DNA of 64,000 bases, taken from contig NW_025766558.1 of assembly GCF_003918875.1 (NCBI RefSeq), forward strand, positions 1,364,001 through 1,428,000. The letters are read 5' to 3'. The DNA comes from Haliotis rubra. Lineage: Eukaryota. Both the position numbers and the translations under genes were made by a program. Positions 62,492-64,000 of this stretch are shown here, piece by piece (position 1 is the first letter of the stretch; every line of letters starts with the position of its first letter). The notes under the pieces are model-generated. The model did no database searches, was not told the origin of the DNA, and saw only the letters and a list, made by a program, of their open reading frames with translations.

Positions 62492-64000
62492 TCCTCTGTC
62501 CTGAGACATATTTTCGAAAAAACCCAGCACGTTTCCAGACGTAAAATGTCAATGTCAATTTGCAGCAGCGCTTAATGGCGGACAACTGAAAGCGCCACCA
62601 CAAAGGGGATAACTGAAAGTGGCACGAAGCACTGCTCGGTGGAAAGGTCTACATTTAGGATCCAATCCTGATTCAGACATTAATTAGAGGTGGAATGTAG
62701 TGATCTAGTGTGACAACCCAGGTATAGTTAACCAGCGCTGTGCTTGGACAGGTAACTGCAGAAGGAGATGGTTATGTGGCTGTTATCGTCTGGCACCTCA
62801 TATACTGCTTCTGTACTCCCCAGGGAGTTGAGAATGAAACTTGGAGTGCACACTGATCAAATGACAGGGTAACAATAATGCCACACTTCCAGTATACATT
62901 ATGTATGGAGTTATTCACTTTACAAGTGGACAGTATTGATTGCCATCATGTTTACCAATAGTGGTTCATTGAGGAAAACTGCTAGTCACGCTGGTTTGAG
63001 AGACTCATGTGGGATTGTGAGCTTACTAGTTTCATCACAGATCAGTCTGGACAGAGCATGTCTCAGCTGAGATACATCGTTGCAAGGAGAGTTTCACCTT
63101 AATTCCTAAAGCTGTAGTTTGTGCAGTTATGGGGAATTTGTTTGTTATATTTGTTGTTATATTTTGAGAGATGTGTTTTACATGTCATTGTAATTATGCA
63201 AACTAAAGAAAAACTGCACTGAACATCATATTTTATTATCCTATTTTGATTGACAGCAGTAGTGCTGAATTCTTGTATTGGAGTTGATTATTTTATAAAG
63301 AATTATGAACATACTGTTAAAGTTACTATAACATGTACTTGTTTAGTCCACTGCTGTTTAAATGTTCATGTTTTCACTTTTAAAGTTGAAGGCTTATGAT
63401 TTGTGTGGCTTTATGAAACAGTGCCTACTCCAATACCTGGTGAAGCTGTATATATGTCTTATATCACTGTATTATATCCCGTCTGAATCACCGTATCACC
63501 AGTTATAACCACCCTATTAAGAAATAATCAGGATAAAATTAGTTTATGTATGACATTGTGATAATTCAGTAAGGTTGGTTCCATGTTACCATGGTTACCA
63601 TAGTTACCATAGTGACAATAGCAAGTGGCTTTTGGCATGATTATTGAATATTGGTCATGCAGTATAAACCATTCATTGAGATGGGATATATACCAGTCAA
63701 TCTACACTAGACTGCTGGCCTGTGACTACTAAACTGTGCTGGGGACAAGTTAAACAATCCAATGTAGTCCTCTTTGACCAGGACACAAGTCAAGTCAAAA
63801 GTCAAAAGGAGTTTATTTGTAACGGGGCCAAGGGCCCATATACAAGATAAAACTATACAAAGTTAACAAGAGCATACAAATGAAGTCTAAAGTGTTTCTA
63901 AAGACCTATTTCTTTTTATATATGCATGGTAAATGTAATACTGTACACGTCTGATTAAATTCTCCTGAGTTGCACATATCAGCCTTTTAAGTTTATGGAT

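Overview
Eukaryotic, AT-rich, intron-containing invertebrate DNA. The SINE and non-autonomous element content suggests a mollusc, possibly a gastropod such as abalone (inference). Five protein-coding genes were reconstructed by hand from splice sites and reading-frame phase. (1) BRF1 (TFIIIB subunit, minus strand): 11 coding exons in the window, 3' end off the left edge, with a U12-type AT-AC intron. (2) A BTBD3/6-type BTB-BACK-PHR gene nested antisense in BRF1 coding intron 5. (3) A KLHL9/13-like BTB-BACK-Kelch gene head-to-head with BRF1. (4) Mitochondrial ABC half-transporter ABCB10 (minus strand, 12 exons, about 634 aa). (5) An unnamed 7-exon gene of about 488 aa, divergent from ABCB10, with a long disordered N-terminus, an LC8-type TQT motif and a C-terminal death domain. 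Also present are two Tc1/mariner relics, several MITEs with target-site duplications (TSDs), tRNA-derived SINEs and many minisatellites. The most striking pattern is that several intronic tandem arrays are amplified copies of the adjacent exon-intron junction. They create up to about 60 duplicate 5' or 3' splice sites beside exons of ABCB10, with related cases in BRF1 and the death-domain gene. BTBD6 and the KLHL gene each carry a single +1 homopolymer frameshift, probably an assembly error.
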